From a virus, in IMG/VR virus record IMGVR_UViG_3300020048_000055, positions 1 through 64,000 of that record: 64,000 bases of DNA; one strand, 5' to 3'. The notes beneath the pieces are model-generated. The model saw only the letters and a list, made by a program, of their open reading frames with translations. It was not told the DNA's origin and did no database searches. Of this stretch, positions 39,401 through 48,861 are shown piece after piece. The position numbers and the translations under genes were made by a program. Each line of letters starts with the position of its first letter. The stretch's first letter is position 1.

Positions 39401-41037
39401 AGAATGAAACCATATTCTGCCACACCATTTACGGAGGGTTTCATGTAACCTACAGGAATATCACCATCGGCATATTGTTTAACCTCTCCACAATCTACTA
39501 TAAGATTATATTTAGAGGTTGAAGTACCGATAGATACAATAGAGTTAAAGTATTCATTTACTGTGTGAGTTTTAATTCTACCATTGAAACCAAGGAAGTA
39601 TTCTGTACCGGCTTCAAACTTTGCAGAGGGTGTACGAAAAAGTCCATTGCGGATAAATAATGCTCTATCCCCTATTTCATAATCGGCGTTATATACATTT
39701 GAGAAATAAACACCTAAGATGTTTTGACGTGCACCTATACGAATATCTGCATAAACAGCTCTACCCTTATTATAGGTTGAACCATGAAGAGGAACAAAAG
39801 TTTTACCAAAGAAAGTAGAAATCTCTTTTGAAACATGGAAATCATAGTATCCACCAAAAGTATTTGCTACCAATTTAGCATGATACCCTGTTATAATATC
39901 TTCTGCATTATTAAGGTAGTTGCTACTGTTAAGAAGGAACTCAGTTATTTCTCCGTCAGATACAAAGGAGATTGCTTGATTAAGTGCGTTTCTAATTATT
40001 ACTATCAACGGGTCAATACTTGACTGACCTTGTATTAGAGATGTGGTATTTAAGTTTATAACCAATAAAGATTCTGATGGTATAGCAAAAGTTCCAGCAT
40101 AGTGTTCTGCAAGATTAATGAAAGCTTCATCCTGATAATCGGTAACTGAGTTTGAAGAAGGATATACTGAACTATTCATCATTATGAAAGCAGATTTTCC
40201 ATCCATTCTAGTAATTCCGAAAAATCCAGTATTTGGGATTGAGGTTGAGTTGCTTGGAGCAGTATATAAGAAATCCACAGTAAGAGAATTGTCTTCCTCA
40301 CATCCAATAGCAAATACTCTAACTGGGTCTGTTTCTGAAAAACGAGCTTTTTCACCAAAGATTCCCTCAAATACATTGAAGTCTATAACTCCACGACTAT
40401 CTCCATCAGGTTGAATCTCAAGAGTAGTATATACTTCAGTCCCATTGAAAGGTGCATCGGTAACAAAACCGATGTGAATAACTTTAGAGTAAGAGGAATA
40501 CGATTCTTCTGGATTTATTGTAAGTTCACCACGAATGAATTGCTTCTTACCGTTTACCAGTATTGGATCATCATTATTATCAAGGACATATCCACCCCTA
40601 ACATATACTGATTTACCTATGCTTTCGGTGAAGGAGAAATTTGGATTATATTCAGTAAGAGATGATTTTGTACTGGTATAAATAATCTTACCAATAGGAA
40701 GAACGTGTACTGGTTGACCTACTTCTGCATATTCAAGAGCAACACCCAAACTTCTTGTGTGCCAATTTGTATTGGTAAGAACAAGATATGAATGATTGTC
40801 AGTTGACTTGTCTCCAAGAGAATCTAAGTAAGCGTAATCTTCATCTATCGCAATAGATACCGGTTGACCACGTTTAATTGTTTCTCCTGCAAAATAGGAG
40901 CTAAGAGGTTGTAGCCATTTAGTGGAAGTTGGTTCATCTCCCTCTGTCTTGTAGGCATATCTTAACTGACCAGTTCTATCAGATATCCAAGTAAGACCGT
41001 CCTTATATTCTACATTTGTTACGTCATTCTCTGCCAT
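33421..41037 (-). CDS. giant tail-fibre/baseplate protein with tail-collar and internal S74 chaperone domains
   Basis: 2538 aa; IPVGYMKP..GFILCDG collar motif; SSINFKNI...IYEFKYK..LGIITE...LLLKAAKETQERL S74-like motif. Confidence 0.75.
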   Translation of the reverse strand: MAENDVTNVEYKDGLTWISDRTGQLRYAYKTEGDEPTSTKWLQPLSSYFAGETIKRGQPVSIAIDEDYAYLDSLGDKSTDNHSYLVLTNTNWHTRSLGVALEYAEVGQPVHVLPIGKIIYTSTKSSLTEYNPNFSFTESIGKSVYVRGGYVLDNNDDPILVNGKKQFIRGELTINPEESYSSYSKVIHIGFVTDAPFNGTEVYTTLEIQPDGDSRGVIDFNVFEGIFGEKARFSETDPVRVFAIGCEEDNSLTVDFLYTAPSNSTSIPNTGFFGITRMDGKSAFIMMNSSVYPSSNSVTDYQDEAFINLAEHYAGTFAIPSESLLVINLNTTSLIQGQSSIDPLIVIIRNALNQAISFVSDGEITEFLLNSSNYLNNAEDIITGYHAKLVANTFGGYYDFHVSKEISTFFGKTFVPLHGSTYNKGRAVYADIRIGARQNILGVYFSNVYNADYEIGDRALFIRNGLFRTPSAKFEAGTEYFLGFNGRIKTHTVNEYFNSIVSIGTSTSKYNLIVDCGEVKQYADGDIPVGYMKPSVNGVAEYGFILCDGITRYTVTEENQDFFDRLHGYFSETDLSILFDGEGLTTFIVPAVTFGNGKVAQIKYIKHGIFKDIPRIAIKRYFGTFSTEPLDDANYAGLSLNASLDVSDLVLWGPMQDGFKSVDLESLDIKLYVALNPTTEGLHVDWQEIPQGYFTYNNTQQFGYRWKVSKNNSSVQNPYGQYILSAEIGQGYGIAIQDGTSQAPIPCYGKEYKVFVSKKEVWDRQFDVDGLFKNYVSQSLVDNAENGVLNAVSGQAVIQYLQDHISINTIDNTNLNIGTELVQGSLVLHGEEKIYGTLSLYEDTGSLALTYNPATKKLTYVSLEKPETWSANDLIPLSRLSTHEGNAVSTTNTVHGLLNGKDGTINSAKLRGFKVGKSLITESSIANEDGSFIPFVGTDRVLEIENKIKYNLSGATVVELANLEVNTSGQKKSFATSTVKSLSNYEVSDSNIKNGIEQKLISTHFTSAVQPAINNFVALHTIGDTGSQAYIDALAALKVFMPDFDADKTNELTHDFIFKKGNVLARVVAQSFDVGSSINFKNIVSSGALHTNTDGILDDFSALQATYELPIYEFKYKNDPACFKNYLGIITERTSDARNIIPQYIDVETQVDEESPVIIVRQDNVANSTASTRSIYSDMYQTEAPSDRTFKYSYTPEQVDAIRDYLSLIVDTSGKAQSIQSTVGLLLKAAKETQERLLMVETSVGGSDAPTIPGLREAQINTDSVNQDPTQLGLNRLVRALCKELFDQADPSNIVSQVSYFEVTQAYVTAHPTDEFYIKIGEVYSLISDSPTLEDAGIQKYIKSLDDLKLGRIDRLDAEVNGENARTSNGSELINLIEVKGSTYPDILHPAVQDVRTTSLEEETTDAYRLKQFAVTPETFNPLTGTTNDEFDGLNDAVNRICIKVDALTKNINGRDNIDSRPQRLDTIRENIEHIIKEVYFDGATDDLEQTYHDADDSASVPFDKYGSRIDLLSKKLYSFTLNYNNSYQDFSSTAVNNLDGLRTFNGKVLKGATEIGLEDLTEYTPTLPTSKKDYDTYASFLDVLVDTLGKDILPIHNFNANEATHSDYPDRLMKSVSNRIDTIERSLDVLSRMLDKNRDFEDGILTTDLDKIYGFMTGQANNGATDLTGNYTDGESAIHSFNRNISSVKDFCLRLSKWSGLKYINDEERIDGSNILLNGSVYNDVTARNIKKQTNLHDVVSEIYSRVRREENYSNFVNTRLGTIYNKDVESSYVNNTYHIATLQEVADTLITKYTKTGTGQTAVYTPVVSVDLENTGYYISDGNIVVETSYTVSSDVNALLKTVFGKMSDNSASTYDHFNTESLGAGAELYDITDNIISNMIKLSYATPKRILTTEDPSGITPISGAVINNDVASKNTTWFDIDSEEIVTNNVSDTGVESKPISSGNRSKLFSDLLGNSERPSRFKILENSIRSIRTFIGMDKMNSFEAKYDGVFKGDSVNGDDKLFSIANFTKSSGTIENLLDYVSTNDAFFDLRLELGSKADMTAMPGVPATYSDTDSNVVVDSTTVYGHITQIENWINANDTSDDSQKARLDAIESDTSHLATNLADLTGFVDADESLADIRKVVTGDNYYPVFTQTTGDASTIEHSLSKYQVIKDGADVVIDTEADYAENNSPAIFTTKAPKGWSNTALNLRLKALGGITFDLNKTNFKLIDIVASKTVKEAGANDVDTKVYSVKSANAIFQDATQVSQAIIDRSIDSNILTFDAGGVGTAGVLSVDSESKTENLVSLVTYQGDMTALQSKISATDSYIDDQDEATLSSANSYSDGLISQTSVITLSGDDDETTDISFALATDTRVAQDIDQLIEDLTKMKTFITAKNNAQNTVINGKASIATETLAEAVRVAINNLQNNGNIFFGTSEGSTITDAPIVRANAITSIIPTDISGYSLGASGELLGPNLPAQGPLAEVLSQAVPSYSDMVAMGAILYDMILNHTHALGMDGDDVMFVDVMNDYTNKKFLASTTNPEANVEVPSV

Positions 41038-41108
41038 ATATAAATCCTTTTTTGAGTTATTAAAAACTTGATAAATAATTAGTTGTTTATTTGAGTTATC
41101 TAATTATA

Positions 41109-43343
41109 TTATCCAACTATTGTCCAACCTTTATCAGTTGCAATCAACCTATCTTCTGCTGTCAATAAGCTTGCTCCGTAATTTCCTGTAATTGTAATAG
41201 TTTGTGCAGTAACCGGAGAAAACAAATTATTAAAAATATCTACCAATGCACTCTTACTTAAATTACAACTTGCATATGAAATTGTAATTTTAGTGTTTAG
41301 TAAAGTTGCTTTCCCTAATGCAGTACAAGTATTAAACATCTGATAAAAGTTTGTACCTAAACTTGTATTAATAAGTGGAATCGTTTGTAAGGAAAAACAA
41401 CTCTTAAACATATAAGAAAAGTCTGTACATTTACTTGTATCAATAAGTGGAACCGTTTGTAATGACTTACAATTATAAAACATATAAGAAAAATCTGTAC
41501 CTAAACTTGTATCAAGAAGCGGAATCATTTGTAAGGAAGGACAATTATAAAACATCTGAGTAAAGTTTATACCTAAACTTGTATCGAGAAGTGGAATAGT
41601 TTGTAAGGCAGGACAACCATAAAACATCTGAGAAAAGTTTGTACCTAAACTTGTATCAATAAATGGAATCGTTCGTAATGAAAGACAACTACTAAACATA
41701 GCATAAAAGTTTATACCTAAAAGTGTATCAAGAAGTGGAATCGTTTGTAAGGCAGGACAACCATTAAACATAGAAGAAAAATCTGTACCTAAACTTGTAT
41801 TTAGAAGGGGAACCGTTTGTAATGCAGGACAACTACTAAACATATACGAAAAGTTTGTACCTAAACTTGTATCAAAAAGTGGAATCGTTTGTAAGGCAGT
41901 ACAACCAGAAAACATAGAAGAAAAGTCTGTACCTAAACTTGTATCCAGAAGTGGAATAGTTTGTAATGCTTTACAACTACCAAACATAGAATTAAAGTTT
42001 GTACCTTTACTTGTATCAATAAGTGGAATCGTTTGTAAGGCAGTACAATTATAAAACATCTGAAAAAAGTTTGTACCTAAACTTGTATTAAGAAGTGGAA
42101 TCGTTTGTAAGGAAAAACAATTAATAAACATACCAGAAAAGTATGTACCTAAACTTGTATCAAGAAGTGGAATCATTTGTAAGGCAGAACAATAAGAAAA
42201 CATAGAATAAAAATCTTTACCTTTACTTGTATTGAGAAGTGGGATAGTTTGTAAGACAGCACAACTACTAAACATAGTAGAAAAGTTTGTACCTAAATTT
42301 GTATTGAGAAGTGGAATCGTTTGTAAGGAAAAACAACTCTTAAACATCTGAGAAAAGGTTGTACCTTTACTTGTATCAATAAGTGGAACCGTTTGTAAGG
42401 AATTACAAGTATGAAACATAAAAGAAAAGTCGGTACCTAAACTTGTATTAAGGGGTGGAATCGTTTGTAATGAACTACAATTATAAAACATAGAAGAAAA
42501 GTTTGTACCTAAACTTGTATCAAGAAGTGGAATCGTTTGTAAGGCAGTACAACTACCAAACATAGAAGAAAAATCTGTACCTGAACTTGTATTTATGAGT
42601 GGAATAGCTTGTAAGGAATTACAAATATAAAACATATAAGAGAAGGTTGTACCTGAACTTGTATTTAGAAGTGGAAGCGTTTGTAATGAATTACAATTAT
42701 AAAACATAAAATAAAAATTGGTAATATTATTTAATCCTAGACTAAAAGATTCTAACAACTTTAAGTTTTGAACATTAAGTAGAGTAATTAAACTTCCATT
42801 TCCTGAAATATCCAAAAAGGAATTGTATTTACTTGGTGCTGAAGTATGAAAAACCCCTAAGTTTACTGAGGTCAAATTAAAAGTTTCTTGAGGTGTAATC
42901 GTAATTAATACCTGCTTATAACCTAATGTAGAAAGATTTCCACAAGTTGCATAGTCATATTTATGTTCAGCTTTCACCCCTGCTACAAAGTTTTCGGTAA
43001 CTCCATCGCCCCAATCCACGGAATAATCTCCTGAGATTGTAACTGCAACGAAATTTGAGTCATGATCATAAACTGGATAGAGACCGATTACTTTTTCCTC
43101 AGATTCCAAAATTGCAGGAATTGTCAACCAATCAGAGGGTCTTGAGTAAGGGGTAATATTATTAACAGTAGTTGTATATACGTCCAACCACTCAGCTTCT
43201 GTCCATTCTTTTGGAGCTGAACCATCGTCGAATTTCATAAGAGGAACATAGTCTCTCAAGATGTCAGAGGTTGTACCTAATTTTGCTTTCATCAGATTTT
43301 TCGTTTCAGTTAAATAATTCAATTTGTTCAATAATTCGCTCAT
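41109..43343 (-). CDS. BspA/DUF285-like LRR-repeat protein, paralogue 1 (20 units)
   Basis: 24-aa repeats FxxMFxxCxxLQTIPLLDTSLGTN; termini shared with paralogues. Confidence 0.9.
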   Translation of the reverse strand: MSELLNKLNYLTETKNLMKAKLGTTSDILRDYVPLMKFDDGSAPKEWTEAEWLDVYTTTVNNITPYSRPSDWLTIPAILESEEKVIGLYPVYDHDSNFVAVTISGDYSVDWGDGVTENFVAGVKAEHKYDYATCGNLSTLGYKQVLITITPQETFNLTSVNLGVFHTSAPSKYNSFLDISGNGSLITLLNVQNLKLLESFSLGLNNITNFYFMFYNCNSLQTLPLLNTSSGTTFSYMFYICNSLQAIPLINTSSGTDFSSMFGSCTALQTIPLLDTSLGTNFSSMFYNCSSLQTIPPLNTSLGTDFSFMFHTCNSLQTVPLIDTSKGTTFSQMFKSCFSLQTIPLLNTNLGTNFSTMFSSCAVLQTIPLLNTSKGKDFYSMFSYCSALQMIPLLDTSLGTYFSGMFINCFSLQTIPLLNTSLGTNFFQMFYNCTALQTIPLIDTSKGTNFNSMFGSCKALQTIPLLDTSLGTDFSSMFSGCTALQTIPLFDTSLGTNFSYMFSSCPALQTVPLLNTSLGTDFSSMFNGCPALQTIPLLDTLLGINFYAMFSSCLSLRTIPFIDTSLGTNFSQMFYGCPALQTIPLLDTSLGINFTQMFYNCPSLQMIPLLDTSLGTDFSYMFYNCKSLQTVPLIDTSKCTDFSYMFKSCFSLQTIPLINTSLGTNFYQMFNTCTALGKATLLNTKITISYASCNLSKSALVDIFNNLFSPVTAQTITITGNYGASLLTAEDRLIATDKGWTIVG
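41320..42725 (-). repeat. 72-bp coding tandem array
   Basis: Recurrent gtacctaaacttgtatcaagaagtggaatcgtttgtaag every 72 bp. Confidence 0.9.
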
Positions 43344-43360
43344 TTGTAGCTTCCTTTATA

Positions 43361-44596
43361 TTACCAAGTAAGACCTAATAAATTACCGTACTTTTTATTT
43401 TCAACAGTAGGGGATTCATTAGCTTCATCATTATTAGTTGTACCAATTACATTATAGGTAACAACGTCCCCATTCAGGGAATACACCAAAATAGTTAGGT
43501 GGTATTCAGAAGAGGGAGTAAGTTCTTCAATTACACAGCCAGTTGTTTTGCAGTCAGTTACAACCATCTCTTTATGACCTGGTACTAAAATAACAATTTT
43601 ATTAAAGAACTGTTGGTCAGCAGGTTTCACTTTTAAGTTAACTCTTAGAGAAGTAGCAGAACCAAAAACCGGTACTGCTGAGTAGGAGTTTAATGTAACC
43701 TCAGAAGTATCAGAGAAATACCCCTTAACTATATCTATAGCGAAAGGACTTATCTCCAAACTCTTATTTTCTTTCAAGCCGTTTCTTTTAATAAACTCTG
43801 TAGAAAAAGGGTTGGACACCATATCAGAAAGGTTGTCTGTACTAGAACCGAAGTTCTTTTCACTTAAGAAGCCTAAGATAGCTTCCTCTGTAAGGGGTAC
43901 ATCATAACTATCATCTATATGATTATCATAATTGCTAAGTTTCTGTGGAAGTATTTCATCATCAATAGTTCTATCCATAAGTATTTGAGATGAGTGAACC
44001 TTTATCGTAAGCTGTATTGGAATTATACGTGACTTAGAAAGCCAATCTGCTTCATTATAGCTTGGATTATATTCTATAGTCTCGAAGGTAATAAATGTAG
44101 GAATGAGAAGTTGTTGTCTTCTCCAATTAACCGCATTATATAGCCAAGTAGGGGACTGAGGGTTTTGTTCCCAAGTAAGAATTTGTTGAGCCACCCGAGC
44201 GTCATCATCTCTTGCAAAAAAGCAAGTAGCTTTATATTCAGCTTCAACTTGCATTGAACGAATAAAGGTTCCGGTATTTACACAGTAGATACCATTAACC
44301 ATTTGACCTGCACCATTTCTGTTTTCATCTTCTTTCCAATTTGATTCTTGGTAAAAAGATATGAATGGCATATTCAAGGAAACGGGGGTTATGTCTACTG
44401 TATTTTCTTTTGTGGTATCAACCAGTTCCATTCTACGTCTAAAACACATATCATCTTTAGCGTAAACTATTCTTGTAAGGTCTTTTTGAAGAAGAACCTT
44501 AGCAAGATAATAGTTTATTGCAATTTTTGCTGAGAGGTGTATATTTACGAAAAGGTCGTGATTGTAATACTTTTCGTGCTGATATTCTATTGCCAC
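43361..44596 (-). CDS. tail terminator / T4 gp15-like protein with C-terminal FN3-like domain
   Basis: LNMPFISF motif; IEELTPSSEYHLTILVYS FN3 signature. Confidence 0.5.
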   Translation of the reverse strand: MAIEYQHEKYYNHDLFVNIHLSAKIAINYYLAKVLLQKDLTRIVYAKDDMCFRRRMELVDTTKENTVDITPVSLNMPFISFYQESNWKEDENRNGAGQMVNGIYCVNTGTFIRSMQVEAEYKATCFFARDDDARVAQQILTWEQNPQSPTWLYNAVNWRRQQLLIPTFITFETIEYNPSYNEADWLSKSRIIPIQLTIKVHSSQILMDRTIDDEILPQKLSNYDNHIDDSYDVPLTEEAILGFLSEKNFGSSTDNLSDMVSNPFSTEFIKRNGLKENKSLEISPFAIDIVKGYFSDTSEVTLNSYSAVPVFGSATSLRVNLKVKPADQQFFNKIVILVPGHKEMVVTDCKTTGCVIEELTPSSEYHLTILVYSLNGDVVTYNVIGTTNNDEANESPTVENKKYGNLLGLTW

Positions 44597-44608
44597 AATT
44601 AATTCCTT

Positions 44609-46696
44609 TTATCCAACGATTGTCCAACCCTTTCCAGTTGCAATTAATCTGTCCTCTGCGGTTAATAAAGATGCTTCATAGTTTCCCGTAATCGTAATAG
44701 TCTGACCAGTCACTGTTGCTAAATTAGTAAAAATATCAACCAATGCACTCTTACTTAAATTACAACTTGCATATGAAATTGTTGTTTTCGTGTTTAGTAA
44801 AGTAGCTTTTCCTAAAGAAATACAACCAAAAAACATAGAAGAAAAATTTGTACCTTTACTTGTATCAAGAAGCGGAATCGTTTGTAATGAAGAACAATAA
44901 ACAAACATACCAGTAAAATTTGTACCTTTACTTGCATCAATAGGAGGAATAGTTTGTAAAGAAGTACAACCATTAAACATATAAGAAAAGTTTGTACTAT
45001 TGCTCGTATCAAAAAGTGGAATTGTTTGTAAGGAAGAACAATTATAAAACATACCCGAAAAGTTTGTACCTAAACTTGTATCGAGAAGTGGAATCTTTTG
45101 TAAGGAAAAACAACCATTAAACATAGAATTAAAGTCCGTACCTAAACTTGTATCAAGAAGGGGAACCGTTTGTAATGAAGAACAACCATTAAGCATCTCT
45201 AAAAAACTTATTCCTTTGCTTGTATTTAGAAGTGGAATCGTTTTTAATGAAGAACAAGATTGAAAAATAGCAGTAAAATTGGTACCTAAACTTGTATCAA
45301 GAAGTGGAATAGTTTGTAAGGAATTACAACTCTGAAACATAGCAGAAAAGTTTGTACCTAAACTTGTATCAAGAAGGGGAATCGTTTGTAAGGCAGGACA
45401 ACCATTAAACATAGCAGAAAAGTCGGTACCTTTACTTGTATCAATAAGTGGAATCGTTTGTAAGGAAGCACAACCATAAAACATATAAGAAAAGTTTGTA
45501 CATTTACTTGTATTGATTAGAGGTATCTTTTGTAAGGCAGTGCAAATATAAAACATACCAGTAAAATTTGTACCTAAACTGGTATCAGTAAGTGGAATCG
45601 TTTGTAAGGAACGACAACTACTAAACATCTGAGAAAAGCTTGTACCTTTACTTGTATCGAGAAGTGGAAACGTTTGTAATGTAGTACAACTACTAAACAT
45701 ACCAGAAAAGTCTGTACCTAAACTTGTATTAAGAATTGGAACCGTTGGTAAGGCAGTACAACCATTAAACATATAAGAAAAGTCTGTACCTAAACTGGTA
45801 TCAATATGTGGAATCGTTTTTAATGAAGAACAATATTGAAAAATAGCAGTAAAATTGGTACCTAAACTTGTATCAATAAGTGGAATAGTTTGTAATGAAG
45901 AACAACCATTAAACATACCCAAAAAGTTATTACCTGAACTTGTATTAATAAGTGGAATCGTTTGTAAGGAAGTACAACTATTAAACATAGAAGTAAAGTT
46001 TGTACCTAAGGTTGTATCAAGAAGTGGAATCGTTTGTAAGGAATTACAAGCCTGAAACATCTGAGAAAAATTTATAATATTATTTAGTCCTAGACTAAAA
46101 GATTCTAACAACTTTAAGTTTTTAACAATAAGTAGAGTAATTAAACTGCCATTTCCTGAAATATCCAAAAAGGAATTAGATTTACTTGGTGCTGAAGTAT
46201 GAAAAACCCCTAAGTTTACTGAGGTCAAATTAAAAGTATCTTGAGGAGTAATCGTAATTAAAACCTGCTTGTAACCTAATGTTGACAGATTCGAGCAAGT
46301 TGTATAGTCATAACTATGTTCAGCTTTAATTCCTGCTACGAAGTTTTCAGTAACACCATCTCCCCAGTCTACGGAATAATCTCCTGATATTGTAACTGCA
46401 ACAAAATTTGAGTCATGGTCATAAATTGGATAGAGACCGATTACTTTTTCCTCAGACTCTAGAATTGCAGGAATTGTCAACCAGTCTGAGGGTCTTGAGT
46501 AAGGGGTAATATTATTAACAGTAGTTGTATATACGTCCAACCACTCAGCTTCTGTCCATTCTTTTGGAGCGGAACCGTCATCATATTTCATGAGAGGAAC
46601 GTAGTCTCTCAAGATGTCAGAGGTTGTACCTAATTTTGCTTTCATCAGATTTTTCGTTTCAGTTAAATAATTCAATTTGTTCAGTAGTTCGCTCAT
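44609..46696 (-). CDS. BspA/DUF285-like LRR-repeat protein, paralogue 2 (18 units)
   Basis: Same architecture as 41109..43343. Confidence 0.9.
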   Translation of the reverse strand: MSELLNKLNYLTETKNLMKAKLGTTSDILRDYVPLMKYDDGSAPKEWTEAEWLDVYTTTVNNITPYSRPSDWLTIPAILESEEKVIGLYPIYDHDSNFVAVTISGDYSVDWGDGVTENFVAGIKAEHSYDYTTCSNLSTLGYKQVLITITPQDTFNLTSVNLGVFHTSAPSKSNSFLDISGNGSLITLLIVKNLKLLESFSLGLNNIINFSQMFQACNSLQTIPLLDTTLGTNFTSMFNSCTSLQTIPLINTSSGNNFLGMFNGCSSLQTIPLIDTSLGTNFTAIFQYCSSLKTIPHIDTSLGTDFSYMFNGCTALPTVPILNTSLGTDFSGMFSSCTTLQTFPLLDTSKGTSFSQMFSSCRSLQTIPLTDTSLGTNFTGMFYICTALQKIPLINTSKCTNFSYMFYGCASLQTIPLIDTSKGTDFSAMFNGCPALQTIPLLDTSLGTNFSAMFQSCNSLQTIPLLDTSLGTNFTAIFQSCSSLKTIPLLNTSKGISFLEMLNGCSSLQTVPLLDTSLGTDFNSMFNGCFSLQKIPLLDTSLGTNFSGMFYNCSSLQTIPLFDTSNSTNFSYMFNGCTSLQTIPPIDASKGTNFTGMFVYCSSLQTIPLLDTSKGTNFSSMFFGCISLGKATLLNTKTTISYASCNLSKSALVDIFTNLATVTGQTITITGNYEASLLTAEDRLIATGKGWTIVG
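44810..46080 (-). repeat. 72-bp coding tandem array
   Basis: Same 72-bp unit. Confidence 0.9.
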
Positions 46697-46713
46697 TTGT
46701 AGCTTCCTTTATA

Positions 46714-47226
46714 TTATTGAGTTGTTAAAGAGCCTTCTATAGAAAGAAGACCTGTTGCAGTATCTATTTTACATTCTTTAAACTTGGTATTTGTTATTAT
46801 GTTAATCTTAGTATAGACGTAGGTTGCATCTTCAAGAACGGCTTCTTTTTGAATATCTGAGCCTATCCAAAGGGACACTTTATATTGGAAGGAAAAGTCA
46901 AAAATAGGGGTAGTTCCTACGATCTTTGAGTTTATAGTTCCGTCAATTCGGGTATAAGCACTTGAATTTCCTAACAATTCTATTAATCCTGCTTCGATTA
47001 AAGGAACCAAAGTATTAGTAATTGTTAGTATACCCTGAGAAAAGCGTTGTCCGAGGTCTATAAATCCGTCATAGTTTCCAGTCTCAAACTTTATTACTAT
47101 GGGGTCTGTAGTTTTTATGGCATTTACTTCTGAGCTATCTGCAATGGAGGATTCAGTTCCGTCACTTAATTCCAGTTGTACTTGATCATCCATTTTTGTA
47201 TCAATCTGTTCCACTTCGTTTTCCAT
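46714..47226 (-). CDS. hypothetical protein
   Basis: GAGGA RBS before MENEVEQ; ACTAACTT late-type motif at 47261-47268. Confidence 0.7.
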   Translation of the reverse strand: MENEVEQIDTKMDDQVQLELSDGTESSIADSSEVNAIKTTDPIVIKFETGNYDGFIDLGQRFSQGILTITNTLVPLIEAGLIELLGNSSAYTRIDGTINSKIVGTTPIFDFSFQYKVSLWIGSDIQKEAVLEDATYVYTKINIITNTKFKECKIDTATGLLSIEGSLTTQ

Positions 47227-47294
47227 TATGTTTCCTCTTAAAAATGTTAATATATATAATAAGTTAGTTGTAAACATTAAGGATTATAAAGATT

Positions 47295-47663
47295 ATGAGT
47301 TTAAGGAAAAAGCTTTCAAGAACACAGTTTAGGGCAGATAAGATGTCCAAACGGGGTACGGGAATATTTGTAGAAACTACAAATAATATGATGTTAATTG
47401 GGGAATGTAGTTGTGGAGCGTATTTATATCATTATATAAAATCCGAACCTAACAATATATTCAATGTGTATTGTGCAAATCCTGATTGCGATATACAGGA
47501 TGCACGACAACCAAATCCAAAATCTTTCTTTTACACGGATGAAGAATTGACAAATGCTAAGGAAATAGTACTTTTCATTCAGAAAGCCCACAACAAGAAA
47601 GAATACACGGAAGAAGAACTTGCAAGTATCCCACTCCTATATGGGGTACCAAGTGGCAAGTAA
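47295..47663 (+). CDS. hypothetical Zn-binding protein
   Basis: CSCG...CANPDC. Confidence 0.7.
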   Translation: MSLRKKLSRTQFRADKMSKRGTGIFVETTNNMMLIGECSCGAYLYHYIKSEPNNIFNVYCANPDCDIQDARQPNPKSFFYTDEELTNAKEIVLFIQKAHNKKEYTEEELASIPLLYGVPSGK

Positions 47664-48477
47664 AAAGTTTTCATATTCTAGGATTGGTTGTTTTGAGGAA
47701 TGTAAACAAAAGTATCATCTTAGATATGTAAAGGGTATTGTAGTTGACCCTGCTACACAAGTGTTGTCAGACGTTACTGCAAAAGGACTTGCTTTCCATG
47801 AGTTTGCAGAACACTATGAAACTTCTTGGGATGAAGAACGCATAAATAAAGAGATGCGCTCCTACGAAGAACAATATAAAGAAGGTGCCGCTTATTTTCC
47901 GTTGGATGACAAGGTAAGAAAGCTCATTGATTTCTACAAAGTAATTGTTGAACCTTTTACTAAGACTGGAAAAGTGGAAAAAGAAACTTGGCTTAATGGA
48001 ATAATTAAGGGTGAAGCTTTCTGCGGTGCAATCGATTTGCTTATAACTCATGGTGATGGAACATATCATATCATTGATTATAAATCTGCAAAGACTGCAA
48101 CTGCATCCAATTACAAAGGTCAGCTTTTACTGTACGCATATATGCTTGCCATGGAAAAAGAAATTCCTATGGAAAACATAGATAAAAAAATTACACTTTC
48201 TGTATTTTTCCCTTTTTGCAAAGAAGAAACCTACAAGAAATGTCTTAAGTCTATAAAGTATACCTCTCAGGACGTATTGGATAATTTGGAAAAAATTACT
48301 TCAAGCGTAGATAAGATTAATACAAAAGACTGGTCAACCCACAATTCACTCGATGTAAGTCCTACCTCAACTTGTAGTTGGTGTGATTATATCGGACACC
48401 CTGAATATTGTCCTATAATGTACAAAGCAGGATGGAGAGTAAAACGTGGAACTAAGTTTATACTAAAGGATAAATAA
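47653..48477 (+). CDS. PD-(D/E)XK RecB/Cas4-like nuclease
   Basis: FSYSRI..F..C, G..FH, GAIDL, IIDYKS, QL..Y, CSWC...CP; GTG start at 47653 is likely. Confidence 0.9.
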   Translation: MASKKFSYSRIGCFEECKQKYHLRYVKGIVVDPATQVLSDVTAKGLAFHEFAEHYETSWDEERINKEMRSYEEQYKEGAAYFPLDDKVRKLIDFYKVIVEPFTKTGKVEKETWLNGIIKGEAFCGAIDLLITHGDGTYHIIDYKSAKTATASNYKGQLLLYAYMLAMEKEIPMENIDKKITLSVFFPFCKEETYKKCLKSIKYTSQDVLDNLEKITSSVDKINTKDWSTHNSLDVSPTSTCSWCDYIGHPEYCPIMYKAGWRVKRGTKFILKDK

Positions 48478-48479
48478 TT

Positions 48480-48833
48480 ATGGAAGATAAGTTTACGATA
48501 AAGCCAATAACTGCTATTCAATTAAAAAACAGTTACGAAAAGAATGGGGAATCTCCTTTTGTAGGAGGAATTATAATGATTACAACTCCTACCTGTACAA
48601 AATGCAAAGCAATTTTGAAAGATGAAGAAAAACTTAGGGAGCTTCTCCCCATTGGAATGTTCCTCTATGAATACAATGATGAAGAAGATGGGATGAAAGT
48701 TCTGATGGATATGAAACTTTCCAGTGTACCTATTATGCTGTATGTAAACACGTTTGATGATCTTAGACACTTCAGAACAATTTCTAACATCAAGGATTTG
48801 GAAAACTTTTTAGTTTCTCTCGATTCCTTGTGA
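48480..48833 (+). CDS. thioredoxin-fold protein
   Basis: TPTCTKCK and SVP cis-Pro motif. Confidence 0.7.
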   Translation: MEDKFTIKPITAIQLKNSYEKNGESPFVGGIIMITTPTCTKCKAILKDEEKLRELLPIGMFLYEYNDEEDGMKVLMDMKLSSVPIMLYVNTFDDLRHFRTISNIKDLENFLVSLDSL

Positions 48834-48861
48834 GTGTACTAATTAATTATAGGAGACACAT

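Noticed and set aside
47653-48477. Cas4 as part of a CRISPR system
   Set aside because: Solo RecB/Cas4-like nucleases are common in phage replication modules; no array or other cas genes.
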